Shown piece by piece: positions 19,361-28,311 of a stretch of 53,457 bases of DNA. Origin of the DNA: a virus (Duplodnaviria > Caudoviricetes). Position 1 is the first letter of the stretch. Each line of letters begins with the position of its first letter. Both the position numbers and the translations under genes were made by a program. The DNA lies in IMG/VR virus record IMGVR_UViG_3300040770_000286, positions 1-53,457 of that record; one strand, written 5' to 3'. Under the pieces are notes generated by a model. It was not told where the DNA came from. It ran no database searches and worked only from the letters and a program-made list of their open reading frames with translations.

Positions 19361-19568
19361 AGGTATATCTAGCAAATGAAACCTCGTCTTGGAATTTATT
19401 GGTCCCTTTAACCATTTCTGAAGTAATAACGTGACCATCTTTCTTTAACGAGAAAATTGTTGCCGCTAATCTAGTATTACCCAATTGAGTAAATGCGTAC
19501 CAAGTACTGATACTTCCGTGACTTGTTATTGCATCAAGTACTCTTTCTTTTTGTGTTTTTTTTGACAT
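19338..19568 (-). CDS. Small winged helix-turn-helix DNA-binding protein
   Basis: QKERVLDAI...GSISTWYAF..LG.TRLAATIFSLKKDGHVI, a common phage HTH pattern. Confidence 0.75.
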   Translation of the reverse strand: MSKKTQKERVLDAITSHGSISTWYAFTQLGNTRLAATIFSLKKDGHVITSEMVKGTNKFQDEVSFARYTYVGKNLV

Positions 19569-19604
19569 TTTATATTTGTTTTTAAATTAAACTATTTTTT
19601 TTTA

Positions 19605-19612
19605 CAAACCTA
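19605..19612 (-). promoter_or_regulatory. Bacteroidota sigma-A -7 element (TAnnTTTG)
   Basis: TAGGTTTG upstream of 19568, with TATGTTTG at 42411-42418 and TATATTTG at 44243-44250 upstream of other minus-strand operons. Confidence 0.6.
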
Positions 19613-19616
19613 CAAC

Positions 19617-19649
19617 AAAAAACCCCAAGAAACAACTCTTGGGGTTTTT
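19617..19649 (-). terminator. Rho-independent terminator (symmetric, bidirectional-type)
   Basis: AAAAAACCCCAAGA-AACAAC-TCTTGGGGTTTTT. Confidence 0.85.
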
Positions 19650-19674
19650 ATTTTACGTTAACTAATTATTTTAT

Positions 19675-20520
19675 TTATATCTTACTAGCGCATGCTGGGC
19701 AAAATTTAAAAGTTGGTTTTAATTTATGTGCACAGTTAGTGCAATACCTTTTAACGTTGATATCATCAGCGGTATTCACTTTTTGTGAAATAGGTAATAA
19801 TTTATAGCTTGTAACGTGGAAAGCAAAATAGTCGAATGATTTATCAACACTTTTAAATGTTTGAGTGGAATCACCGCCTTTTTCAACAGTACCAGTCTCT
19901 ATAGTACTTTTCATTAATTTTTTTTGACCACCAAAAGGTACGGATGTTGAAGTAAAACTGGTAGTAGTACTCGAACCAACACCAACCCCACCACTTGAAT
20001 AACTAGCAGTATTGAAACTAGTACCAAAATTTGTGTTCACGTAAGTACCACTACTACTTGAACTTAGAGGACTATATCCTTGTAGTATCCCGTTAGTAAC
20101 ATAAGCGGTTTTTTCTGATTGTATAAAGGCTGGTGGTTGTATGAACGATGGGGCTGACCTCTCATTATAAAACTCCACACTAAAATCACCATTTTCGATA
20201 ATAGCTTGTTTAGTTTCAGTATTATCATCAACGGTATAGGTGTCGAATAAGAATTTCTTAGCAACATCTAAGTAACGGTCTAGAAAAATCCTTTCAGCTG
20301 GTCTAAGTATTACCCCACCTTGTGAAATGTATTTACCATTTAGTCTTATTTTAGCTAAGACAGTTTTATTTGTTGGATTGTAAAGCTCTATGGAGAAAGT
20401 GTCCCCTTTAGCTAAGTAATAAGTTGGTGAATTATCAGTATCGTAAACTTTCACCCTTGATTTTTGCATACAGATATGCGCTGTAGGTGAACTTATCACC
20501 TCATTTTTTGTTTTTTTCAT
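19675..20520 (-). CDS. Hypothetical protein with a C-terminal double zinc ribbon
   Basis: YCTNC...KFCPACA at the C-terminus, a Ser/Thr-rich linker and a beta-rich N-terminal domain. Confidence 0.75.
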   Translation of the reverse strand: MKKTKNEVISSPTAHICMQKSRVKVYDTDNSPTYYLAKGDTFSIELYNPTNKTVLAKIRLNGKYISQGGVILRPAERIFLDRYLDVAKKFLFDTYTVDDNTETKQAIIENGDFSVEFYNERSAPSFIQPPAFIQSEKTAYVTNGILQGYSPLSSSSSGTYVNTNFGTSFNTASYSSGGVGVGSSTTTSFTSTSVPFGGQKKLMKSTIETGTVEKGGDSTQTFKSVDKSFDYFAFHVTSYKLLPISQKVNTADDINVKRYCTNCAHKLKPTFKFCPACASKI

Positions 20521-20541
20521 GTTTTTAACTTTTTTTTATTT

Positions 20542-20599
20542 GTACCAACATCTTCATTGCTTCCACAATTCTTAAGTCTATTAAACTCGATGCTAATAC
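20542..20599 (-). ncRNA. Candidate structured cis-regulatory RNA (three-way junction) in a 5' UTR
   Basis: P1 GUAUUAGCAUC/GAUGUUGGUAC (11 bp, 3 G.U), P2 GAGUU/GACUU, P3 AUUGU-GGAA-GCAAU. Confidence 0.5.
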
Positions 20600-20655
20600 G
20601 TTTAGTTAACGTAAATATAAATATAGTTAATACTGAAAAAAAGTCAAGTACTATA

Positions 20656-21129
20656 TTATATTTTTATAAAAATATTAGTATAATAATTCTTATCGTTTTC
20701 GTTTTTACGTATAGAAAGACCCATATGTGTAAACTTACCCTCTACATTAGCCTTATGTGTTACACTCAACAACCATGCATTTAATACACTTTTAGGTGTT
20801 GTATAATTATAAGCCACATTTTCACCAACATTTGTACAACCCAACACTTTTATAATATCGTCAAAACGTGCAACATTACCATTATGACTAACAATATTCA
20901 TCGAAATCATATTATTGTTATGTTCCTCACATTTAAGTGATATATAAGGTATTATGTCTAAATTATTTAGGCCAACACTTACTCGATATTCATTTATTAA
21001 TTGCATTGTTTCTAATTCTATATCGCTATGGATATAGCTATTATTTATTGGAGCTGAAATACTTATTGTCTTTTTGTGATTAAATATTCTAGCAAAAAAA
21101 CATTTGATACTGATTAATAATTTTTTCAT
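20656..21129 (-). CDS. CAP (SCP/PR-1) domain protein
   Basis: LINEYRVSVGL, H...M...VSH, VGENVAYNY, WLLSVTHKANV and YYTNIF motifs. Confidence 0.88.
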   Translation of the reverse strand: MKKLLISIKCFFARIFNHKKTISISAPINNSYIHSDIELETMQLINEYRVSVGLNNLDIIPYISLKCEEHNNNMISMNIVSHNGNVARFDDIIKVLGCTNVGENVAYNYTTPKSVLNAWLLSVTHKANVEGKFTHMGLSIRKNENDKNYYTNIFIKI

Positions 21130-21572
21130 TTTTTTATATTTTTAGTTGAACCATCCCATGTTCCTATGTTATTTATTGATTTGATTTTTGTTGCATCAAA
21201 TATAATAAAATCATCACCTAATTGTATTGCATCATAACCACGCTCTTCAATTTGACCCAGACCTAATTTATCGTATTCACCCCAACCAGCGATTTTACTT
21301 GCAGATAAATATACTGGCATAATTGTACTTGTACCAGCAGCCCCAGACTCACCAGATTCTATTTTATTTCTATCCGATGTAAACCAAAACACGCCTTGTG
21401 CTGAATATTTACCAATAAATTTTGTTATGTTTTTATTACTACCATGGTAACATACCAAAGGTTCGCCAGAAGCATCAACAATCTTACTGTTACCAAACCA
21501 TAGCTTAAATGCATCATTAAATAAAGGGAGTTTTAGGTTCTCCCTTAATAAAGTTTTTATAAATTTTTTCAT
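21126..21572 (-). CDS. ART-PolyVal-like ADP-ribosyltransferase-fold protein with a KTLLRE leader
   Basis: FKLWFGNSKIVDASGEPLVCYHGS...GVFWFT...PVYLS...GYDAI...IKSINNIGTWD. Confidence 0.65.
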   Translation of the reverse strand: MKKFIKTLLRENLKLPLFNDAFKLWFGNSKIVDASGEPLVCYHGSNKNITKFIGKYSAQGVFWFTSDRNKIESGESGAAGTSTIMPVYLSASKIAGWGEYDKLGLGQIEERGYDAIQLGDDFIIFDATKIKSINNIGTWDGSTKNIKK

Positions 21573-22972
21573 TATTGTGATTTACGTAAGTCTACTTGAT
21601 TTACTATCTCGAATTGTATAGCATTTTTTATTGTCGTTACTTCTAGATTAGAAGTAACTAATACATCTAAATAATAAGTGTTTGGTATCAAACTTGCCGT
21701 ATCGATTAAGAAGTAATAATAGTTACTTGCCATCTCAATAGGTTGGAAATCGATAACTGTTAACTCAGCATTTCCCTCATTAACATATAAACGGTATTTT
21801 AGGTCACTAATTGTTTGTGTTTGTTCAACAGTATAAGGTATTCTAGCCGAAACTATAACTTTACGAACATCACCACGTTTAATTTTTTCTCTACTTTTAA
21901 TACCACTTACGTTTATCGCAACTTTTTTAGGTAAGCTATCGGAATCCCCAATACCATAGTAGTCGATAGAATCTTTCATAACAAAGCTTAGACTAATATT
22001 TGGTCTTGATACGCCTTGTATTGAAATGCCACTCCATACATCACTGTACATAGTGTTTTCATTACTTATATTTGTAGGAATAATAATATCTATAGAATAG
22101 ATACCTTTAGTTACGTGAGTAACATACTCACTACCATATTGATTAGCTAACATATCGTTACTATCAAATACATCAACAGTAGGTATAGCATCCAAATTAG
22201 TAGGGTTTCCAGCAAGATTTACATAAAGGTATAGCTTATTAGGTTTGTCTAGGAAAAAGTTGTTCCTATCGTCTGTAATGTGGTTTGAATAAACTGTCTC
22301 AATTAATGGTTCATAAAAAGTCTGGGTGTTATTTGTGAAAAAGCCAACATAATTTATGTTGTTACTATTGGTTAACTCTAAATTTCTACTGTAAGCTATC
22401 CCTAGCCCATAGTTTACATCACCAGCCAATACGCCATTAACGTAGTCAGTTATATCGATTTCAATATTCTCGTTACCCTTGTCAAAATGTTGTGTAGCTA
22501 TTGTATCTGGTACGTCTGAATAAACACCTGTTCCGTTAACCCATCGTACACCAGTTTGAGCTTCAACCCAGTTAGATGGTGTACTTCCATAAGCTGAACT
22601 ACCAGTAAGTAAATCTGGTGATGTGAAATCATAACCAACACCATTATCCCATGTCTGGTTAATTTTAAATAAAACAATATCAAAAGAAGAAGCTCTAGAT
22701 TTACCATCCATCTTACCATTTAACAACCCAGTATCAAATGAACCAGTATTTGTTAATCTAAGGGTATGTTTTAATTTTGTTAAGTCGGTAAAAGTACCGT
22801 TATCATATAAAGCTTTAAGTCTTGTCTCGTCAAAATGAAACAAAATTCTACTATATTGTTCATCGCCATCTGGACCACCATAAAATAACTCAGCGACTGG
22901 GTTTAGACCAGTATTCGTTAACGAATTTTTGATTATCGTATTACATTTATCAAAATATGTTTTTATTACCAT
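21572..22972 (-). CDS. Putative virion structural (baseplate/tail) protein
   Basis: 466-aa beta-rich protein with NTGLNPVAEL, SRILFHFD and IDITDYV..NYGLGI. Late motif at 22987-22995. Confidence 0.6.
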   Translation of the reverse strand: MVIKTYFDKCNTIIKNSLTNTGLNPVAELFYGGPDGDEQYSRILFHFDETRLKALYDNGTFTDLTKLKHTLRLTNTGSFDTGLLNGKMDGKSRASSFDIVLFKINQTWDNGVGYDFTSPDLLTGSSAYGSTPSNWVEAQTGVRWVNGTGVYSDVPDTIATQHFDKGNENIEIDITDYVNGVLAGDVNYGLGIAYSRNLELTNSNNINYVGFFTNNTQTFYEPLIETVYSNHITDDRNNFFLDKPNKLYLYVNLAGNPTNLDAIPTVDVFDSNDMLANQYGSEYVTHVTKGIYSIDIIIPTNISNENTMYSDVWSGISIQGVSRPNISLSFVMKDSIDYYGIGDSDSLPKKVAINVSGIKSREKIKRGDVRKVIVSARIPYTVEQTQTISDLKYRLYVNEGNAELTVIDFQPIEMASNYYYFLIDTASLIPNTYYLDVLVTSNLEVTTIKNAIQFEIVNQVDLRKSQ

Positions 22973-23029
22973 TTTTTTTATTTTATTATAAATATCTTAA
23001 AAATGGTAATAAAACCTAATTTATTATGA

Positions 23030-24004
23030 TTAATTAATACGTATGTTTTTAGATAACATCTGTTTTTCTAGCTCATCAGCTTTTGATTTAAAAATAGCAA
23101 GTGCTTGTTTATTACCATCTGCTGTTAAATCGGTAGCTGGGTTACCGCTACCGTTGTGTACGTGACCGTACAAGGCATCTTTTAATAATCTTAAGTATTC
23201 TAGTAGTACATCACCAAAAGGTAGCTGGTGAGCCTCAGATAATATTTTATCCAACTCTGAATCACTAATTAAATTATCTTGATTGGTTAGATTAAACCTA
23301 GGGCTACCATTCTCATGTGTTAATAGATTTATTTTACTAGCGACAACATTAGTTACGGTACCTACATTACGTGGGTCCTCTTTATTTAATATAATACCGT
23401 TTTTTATCTGAATATAACCTTGGGACTTGGTGTTAAAAGAAAATGGGTATGGATTATTACCACTTACAGGGGATTCAACAAATTTACCAGCTTTTAGTAT
23501 AATCTCATTTTTTTTCTGAGTAATCTCAGTATTATACCTACCTTGAATTGAAACATCCTCTTCATTTGGTAGGACACCTTTTAATTCTGGTATGGTTTTA
23601 ATCGATACATTTGGAGCCTCACTACCTAGACTTAAACCAGCTAATGCTGACATATGGTATGGGTCGTAACCTAATAACTGAGGTTGTGATATAATAGGAC
23701 CGACATACATTCTATCACTAAACTTACTGTTATTACTAAGAGTAAATACAAAAACGGCCTCACCAATTTTTGGTTGTAAAGAAATATGTTTTGGGATTAA
23801 AGGGAAACACCAAGATAAATCAGCATCAACAATACCATCATCACCACCAACAGACCTAGACCCTTTAACTCTAACTTTGATTCTACCTAAATATTTAGTA
23901 TCGGTTACTGAAACAACCTCACCAATATCAAAATTTTTACCACCGTTTAAACTATCATAAGCACCTACTCCACCACGTTGTGTTTTATTATTACCTTCAT
24001 TCAT
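23030..24004 (-). CDS. Baseplate hub/spike protein (gp5-like OB fold)
   Basis: GEVVSVTD..LGRIKVRV...WCFPLIP...PKIGEAVFVF and a C-terminal HVH metal-binding tip motif. Confidence 0.75.
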   Translation of the reverse strand: MNEGNNKTQRGGVGAYDSLNGGKNFDIGEVVSVTDTKYLGRIKVRVKGSRSVGGDDGIVDADLSWCFPLIPKHISLQPKIGEAVFVFTLSNNSKFSDRMYVGPIISQPQLLGYDPYHMSALAGLSLGSEAPNVSIKTIPELKGVLPNEEDVSIQGRYNTEITQKKNEIILKAGKFVESPVSGNNPYPFSFNTKSQGYIQIKNGIILNKEDPRNVGTVTNVVASKINLLTHENGSPRFNLTNQDNLISDSELDKILSEAHQLPFGDVLLEYLRLLKDALYGHVHNGSGNPATDLTADGNKQALAIFKSKADELEKQMLSKNIRIN

Positions 24005-24005
24005 T

Positions 24006-24182
24006 TTACTCTCCTTTTAATCGTTTAAGTATTAGCTTATTTGCTTGGTCAAATTTAGTTTCTATGGCCATTAACTCATCATATTTAATTAATATATGTT
24101 GTTTTAACGCTTCATAATCAGCTTCCATTTGTTTTATATCAAACAAAATTTCATTATTTGTTTTATTTTCTAAATCACTCAT
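24006..24182 (-). CDS. Small coiled-coil protein (58 aa), not in ORF track
   Basis: MSDLENKTNNEILFDIKQMEADYEALKQHILIKYDELMAIETKFDQANKLILKRLKGE* fills the gap between two co-oriented genes. Confidence 0.65.
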   Translation of the reverse strand: MSDLENKTNNEILFDIKQMEADYEALKQHILIKYDELMAIETKFDQANKLILKRLKGE

Positions 24183-24185
24183 ATA

Positions 24186-24626
24186 TTATCGCATTATTCC
24201 ATCCCCGACACCCATTGTTGTTGTGGCTCCGTGGGTTATTACTGGCATACCAGTTGAATCGATTCCGACAGCCATTAATGCAATTCCAGGTGGTATAACC
24301 ACATTTACAACTGCATCATTATGTATCGCATCAATAAATTCTTGAGCTCTTATTACTTCCATTGCATCATCAACGTTCGGACCATCGGCAAAGACATCAC
24401 CACTTTTACCACCAGACTCAGAACGTCTAGCAATAATTTTAGATGCAATATCAATTGCTGATAATCCTGGTCTTAGTTTTGCACCAAACATTATCAATAG
24501 TGGCGGTAATGGAGCTATTGGTGTCTCAACAGACTTAAACGCCCCAAGCATTAAATTTAGTATACCAGTAATACTGTCTATATTAAAACCATTTTTACTT
24601 TTCTTACTTACATTTTTACAGCTCAT
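24186..24626 (-). CDS. Hypothetical baseplate-region protein
   Basis: 146-aa ORF in a tight operon. Confidence 0.65.
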   Translation of the reverse strand: MSCKNVSKKSKNGFNIDSITGILNLMLGAFKSVETPIAPLPPLLIMFGAKLRPGLSAIDIASKIIARRSESGGKSGDVFADGPNVDDAMEVIRAQEFIDAIHNDAVVNVVIPPGIALMAVGIDSTGMPVITHGATTTMGVGDGIMR

Positions 24627-24628
24627 AT

Positions 24629-26098
24629 TTATGTTTTTGGTAAAATTTCTAAAACTTTTGAGGAAACCTCATCAAATTTTTTACTTAATTTTTCGTACTG
24701 GTCTTCTTTTACACCAATAAGGCTGGCTAATTGCGCTTTAGCACTTTTAGTTTGCTCCTTAACTTTTTCATATTTAGCTAAAGATGCTATGACTACTACT
24801 TGTCTCATAACAATAGGTTTAAGTACTGATATAATTAAGCTTTTCACGCTATTAATTAATCCAGTAAATAGGTTTTTATTTTTTTTTATAAAATCTATTG
24901 GGTCTTTTATTTCTGATGAAATACCATATATTATTTTAAAATTAATTAAAAAAGGCATAATAACTTTAGGTGTAATCACCATTCCAATAATACCTTTTAT
25001 TAAATGCTCAATAATATTTTGAACAAAATTAAGTTTAATTGAGATGTGGTCGCTTGGGTTATCTGAATTAACCGTATTTTGTTGCGCCATTTTATTTAAA
25101 TTAGACGAAATAACAATTTTCTGCTCAATTTCAGTACCAGCAGTAGCCATCTCATCAGTAAAGTCTGTTAAAAAAGAAACTGGTATTGAAGCAGCTACTT
25201 TATTACAACACTCTAATTTTTTAATACCTTTTTTCCTAAAACTAGCTTGTTCTTGATGAACGTAAACCTCAGAATTAGTGAAAGTGAAATAGTTATCATC
25301 TATTATGTCATCACCATCAGCGGAAACGATACAATCAATAACATTATTTATCTTTGCTTCCATCTCTAACTGCTTACTTGTCTTGTTAACACTTACAGAA
25401 AAAGAACCGAACATAATATCAACAATTTTATTCAATATATCAGTACTATTGAATAATGATAAACTATCAATAAAATCATTATTTAAATCTGTAAGTGTTT
25501 TAGGCGCAGAACTGTAGGTTGGTGATGATTTTATAGTAAAAGTGTTATTGGGCCTACTACCACTACCTAGTGATTTAAATGTTACTTCATAGATACCTTT
25601 CCAAGTGTAAGTAGTACCATCACCTTGTATAACACCATACATGAATGTATTGAAATCGTTACTATTCGTTAAAATTGGTGTTACGTCAGTGTAAACTAAT
25701 TTTCCAGATGGTGAATTAGGGTCGATTTTAAAAATATCCATAAAATCTATCTTATTGACCTCAATAATTATACCATCACCAGTTGATTTAAGGAATGTTG
25801 GTATTGTTGGGTCAACACCACAACTAACAATATCTTTTAACGATTTTTTTAAAGCTTTTTTAACTTCTTTTTCAATATCAATCATTTTATATGTTAATGT
25901 ATCGACTAACGTACCAACTAATGCTTCATAACCAATTAATGTTTTAATCATCTCTGTTAAAAATGAGATTACATCACCATTGTTATTATTAAATGAAGAA
26001 GTTAACGATTTTAAATTTATCTTAGATACTTTATCAGCAATTGTTCTAGCCGCAGCTATTTTACCAAGTACATCTTTTTTTTTATCTACTACAGACAT
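24629..26098 (-). CDS. Hypothetical baseplate/tail-region protein
   Basis: 489-aa ORF in a tight operon. Confidence 0.7.
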   Translation of the reverse strand: MSVVDKKKDVLGKIAAARTIADKVSKINLKSLTSSFNNNNGDVISFLTEMIKTLIGYEALVGTLVDTLTYKMIDIEKEVKKALKKSLKDIVSCGVDPTIPTFLKSTGDGIIIEVNKIDFMDIFKIDPNSPSGKLVYTDVTPILTNSNDFNTFMYGVIQGDGTTYTWKGIYEVTFKSLGSGSRPNNTFTIKSSPTYSSAPKTLTDLNNDFIDSLSLFNSTDILNKIVDIMFGSFSVSVNKTSKQLEMEAKINNVIDCIVSADGDDIIDDNYFTFTNSEVYVHQEQASFRKKGIKKLECCNKVAASIPVSFLTDFTDEMATAGTEIEQKIVISSNLNKMAQQNTVNSDNPSDHISIKLNFVQNIIEHLIKGIIGMVITPKVIMPFLINFKIIYGISSEIKDPIDFIKKNKNLFTGLINSVKSLIISVLKPIVMRQVVVIASLAKYEKVKEQTKSAKAQLASLIGVKEDQYEKLSKKFDEVSSKVLEILPKT

Positions 26099-26100
26099 AT

Positions 26101-26484
26101 TTATTCATCCTCACTTTTTGATTCGTTATCTTTTTTTAACATCTCTCTGATTGATTTAAAATCATCTAGAGATGCAGAGCCATTACTTCTTACACTAACA
26201 GCTTCATCAATATCACCACGACTTTTAATGATATCACTTTGTAGTTTAGCAACCTCTAGTTTAATCCTAATCGCTGAATCTTTAAGTTTTAATAAACCCC
26301 CTTTTTCTTTTGCAATTTTGGTATGCTCATCTACGTCAGTACCAATAGCACTAACACCAAGCTCATTAATAATTTTTTGGGTATCTAATATTTGTAAACA
26401 AGCATCATTGTAGGTTTCTTGCATAAGACCCTCTAATGATGCATTATTATTTACTTTAATTTCTTGTTTTCTTTTTCTAGGCAA
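26101..26484 (-). CDS. Helical hypothetical protein
   Basis: 127 aa with a TTG start and a late motif at 26515-26523. Confidence 0.6.
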   Translation of the reverse strand: MPRKRKQEIKVNNNASLEGLMQETYNDACLQILDTQKIINELGVSAIGTDVDEHTKIAKEKGGLLKLKDSAIRIKLEVAKLQSDIIKSRGDIDEAVSVRSNGSASLDDFKSIREMLKKDNESKSEDE

Positions 26485-26549
26485 AATTTATATTATTTAA
26501 ATAATTGTTATTACTATAAATATACCGTAATTTGTTTTACAACTAAAAT

Positions 26550-27506
26550 CTATAAACCAAACTGTTTTAACCCATCATATAGTATTATATAACGCTTCAT
26601 GGCTAACCTAATATCTTTAGTAGTTAAATTGGTGTAGTTTCGCATTGTCTCTAATACTGAATTTTTATTGTATTTCGACCCACCATCCATTGTTTGAAAA
26701 GCTGTCTCCCAGTTTTCAAGTATAGCGATTAGTGCATAACCTACTTTTCGTTCATTTTCACTCAGCTTTTTTTTAGGTATCGAATTCTCATCTAGTAATT
26801 CTAATTTTATTCCATCAGTTAAATTTTTAATAAATTTATCCATTGAAAACTCATCAGAGTCAATTATATAAGTTAAATCGTCCCTACTTTCTATCTCATT
26901 ACAAACATCATCATATGCAGCTGTTTGTCTCATATATTTTTCGTCTTTAATTAAAAGTCCCAAGATATAATGTTTGGCAATTGTTCCAAAATAAGAATAA
27001 GCTTTTTTACCTATCCCAGTATCAAATTTATGTACTTTAGTCATTAGGAACGAAACTGTATCCCCATGAAGTTCTTCGAAGGTTTCACCCTTTCGATATA
27101 GTTTATATCTTCGGATAATCGATTCAATCATTTTATCTAACGGTGCTTTAAGCCATTCATTAAAAATAATATTACGTTCTATCTCATTTGTTATAATTAT
27201 GGTTGCATCAACGATACTTTCTGAAGTTGTAATATCCATACTTGTCTCAGAGATATTATCAACGGTAAAACTAGCTTCTACCGTTGTATATCTATCATCA
27301 TTATGGTAATAAATTTCATTCTCTATGATATAATTTACACTAACTTCAACATCAATACCCAATTTATGGATAACTTTGTGTTTTCTATTAGCCGATAAGT
27401 TGATGGTTTCAACATACCTAGAATCTAGAAATTTAACTACCGCTTCTTCCTCATCTGGACCAAAATATAACTCGTTTTTCCTTTTTCGCCCTCTTTTAGG
27501 TATCAT
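26550..27506 (-). CDS. Phage sigma factor (T4 gp55-like) with an inserted beta-rich domain
   Basis: YFGPDEEEAVVKFL...KMIESIIRRY...KFD...KAYSYFGTIAKHY resembles the sigma region 2 motif of gp55 (FD...FAYFTQI). Confidence 0.65.
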   Translation of the reverse strand: MIPKRGRKRKNELYFGPDEEEAVVKFLDSRYVETINLSANRKHKVIHKLGIDVEVSVNYIIENEIYYHNDDRYTTVEASFTVDNISETSMDITTSESIVDATIIITNEIERNIIFNEWLKAPLDKMIESIIRRYKLYRKGETFEELHGDTVSFLMTKVHKFDTGIGKKAYSYFGTIAKHYILGLLIKDEKYMRQTAAYDDVCNEIESRDDLTYIIDSDEFSMDKFIKNLTDGIKLELLDENSIPKKKLSENERKVGYALIAILENWETAFQTMDGGSKYNKNSVLETMRNYTNLTTKDIRLAMKRYIILYDGLKQFGL

Positions 27507-28304
27507 TTACCCATTCTGAACATCATACGTTATTTTTCTATCTTTCGGGAAATAGTATTCTTTTTTTGCAGTAGATAACCACCACCTAGCTTCTACAGGG
27601 TCAATATTTTGACTATAATCTGCGAATAAAGAACCTTGTCTTTGATTAACATGTTTGTAACCAAATCTTGGGATAACCATTACCTTAACATCTTTAAATG
27701 TCATACGCAATAAGAATTCATAGGTAAACATTAATTTGATACTTGGTTTGAATCCACCGAACTCATCAAATACTGATTTTTTCATAACCATACCATCAAT
27801 ATTAAATCCTTGGTAGTTTAATAATGCACTGTTATCTAAAATTCCAAGCTCGTCTGAGAAACTATTTGCCCATACAGCTTCATTTGTAAGTCCGACAAAA
27901 TTTTGTGTTTCATTAACATCAATAACTATTGGCATAAATATCTCAACATCGGTATGTGCATTTCTATATTCAACAACGTTTTTAAACCAAATTTTGGCAT
28001 ACTCGTCATCAAATTCTAAAATACTAAACCAATCAGATTTAGCAATACTAACACCAAAATTTACTTGTGATGAGAAATCAGTCTCACCTTCATTTTCAGC
28101 GAAAGTTACTGAGTTAGCGTAATCGCCATAATCAAAGCTTTTAACATAAGTAGCTACATCGCTACCTTTTGGTACAACGATAACCAACTCATCTGGCATA
28201 ACTGTTTGTTCTATAACGCTTAAAATTGCGTTTTGAAATAAAATTTTTGTTTCTTCGTTCAACTCATGCACTGGCAAGATAATTGATATATTTGTTTTTT
28301 CCAT
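27507..28304 (-). CDS. Glycosyltransferase family 2
   Basis: ISIILPVH, SVIEQT, ELVIV, LEFDDEY and FGGF motifs. Confidence 0.85.
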   Translation of the reverse strand: MEKTNISIILPVHELNEETKILFQNAILSVIEQTVMPDELVIVVPKGSDVATYVKSFDYGDYANSVTFAENEGETDFSSQVNFGVSIAKSDWFSILEFDDEYAKIWFKNVVEYRNAHTDVEIFMPIVIDVNETQNFVGLTNEAVWANSFSDELGILDNSALLNYQGFNIDGMVMKKSVFDEFGGFKPSIKLMFTYEFLLRMTFKDVKVMVIPRFGYKHVNQRQGSLFADYSQNIDPVEARWWLSTAKKEYYFPKDRKITYDVQNG

Positions 28305-28311
28305 ATTTTTT

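Noticed and set aside
20542-20599. Hammerhead ribozyme
   Set aside because: The three-stem layout is similar, but the core reads CUUAAGA/GAAG rather than CUGAnGA/GAAA and the stem register does not fit.
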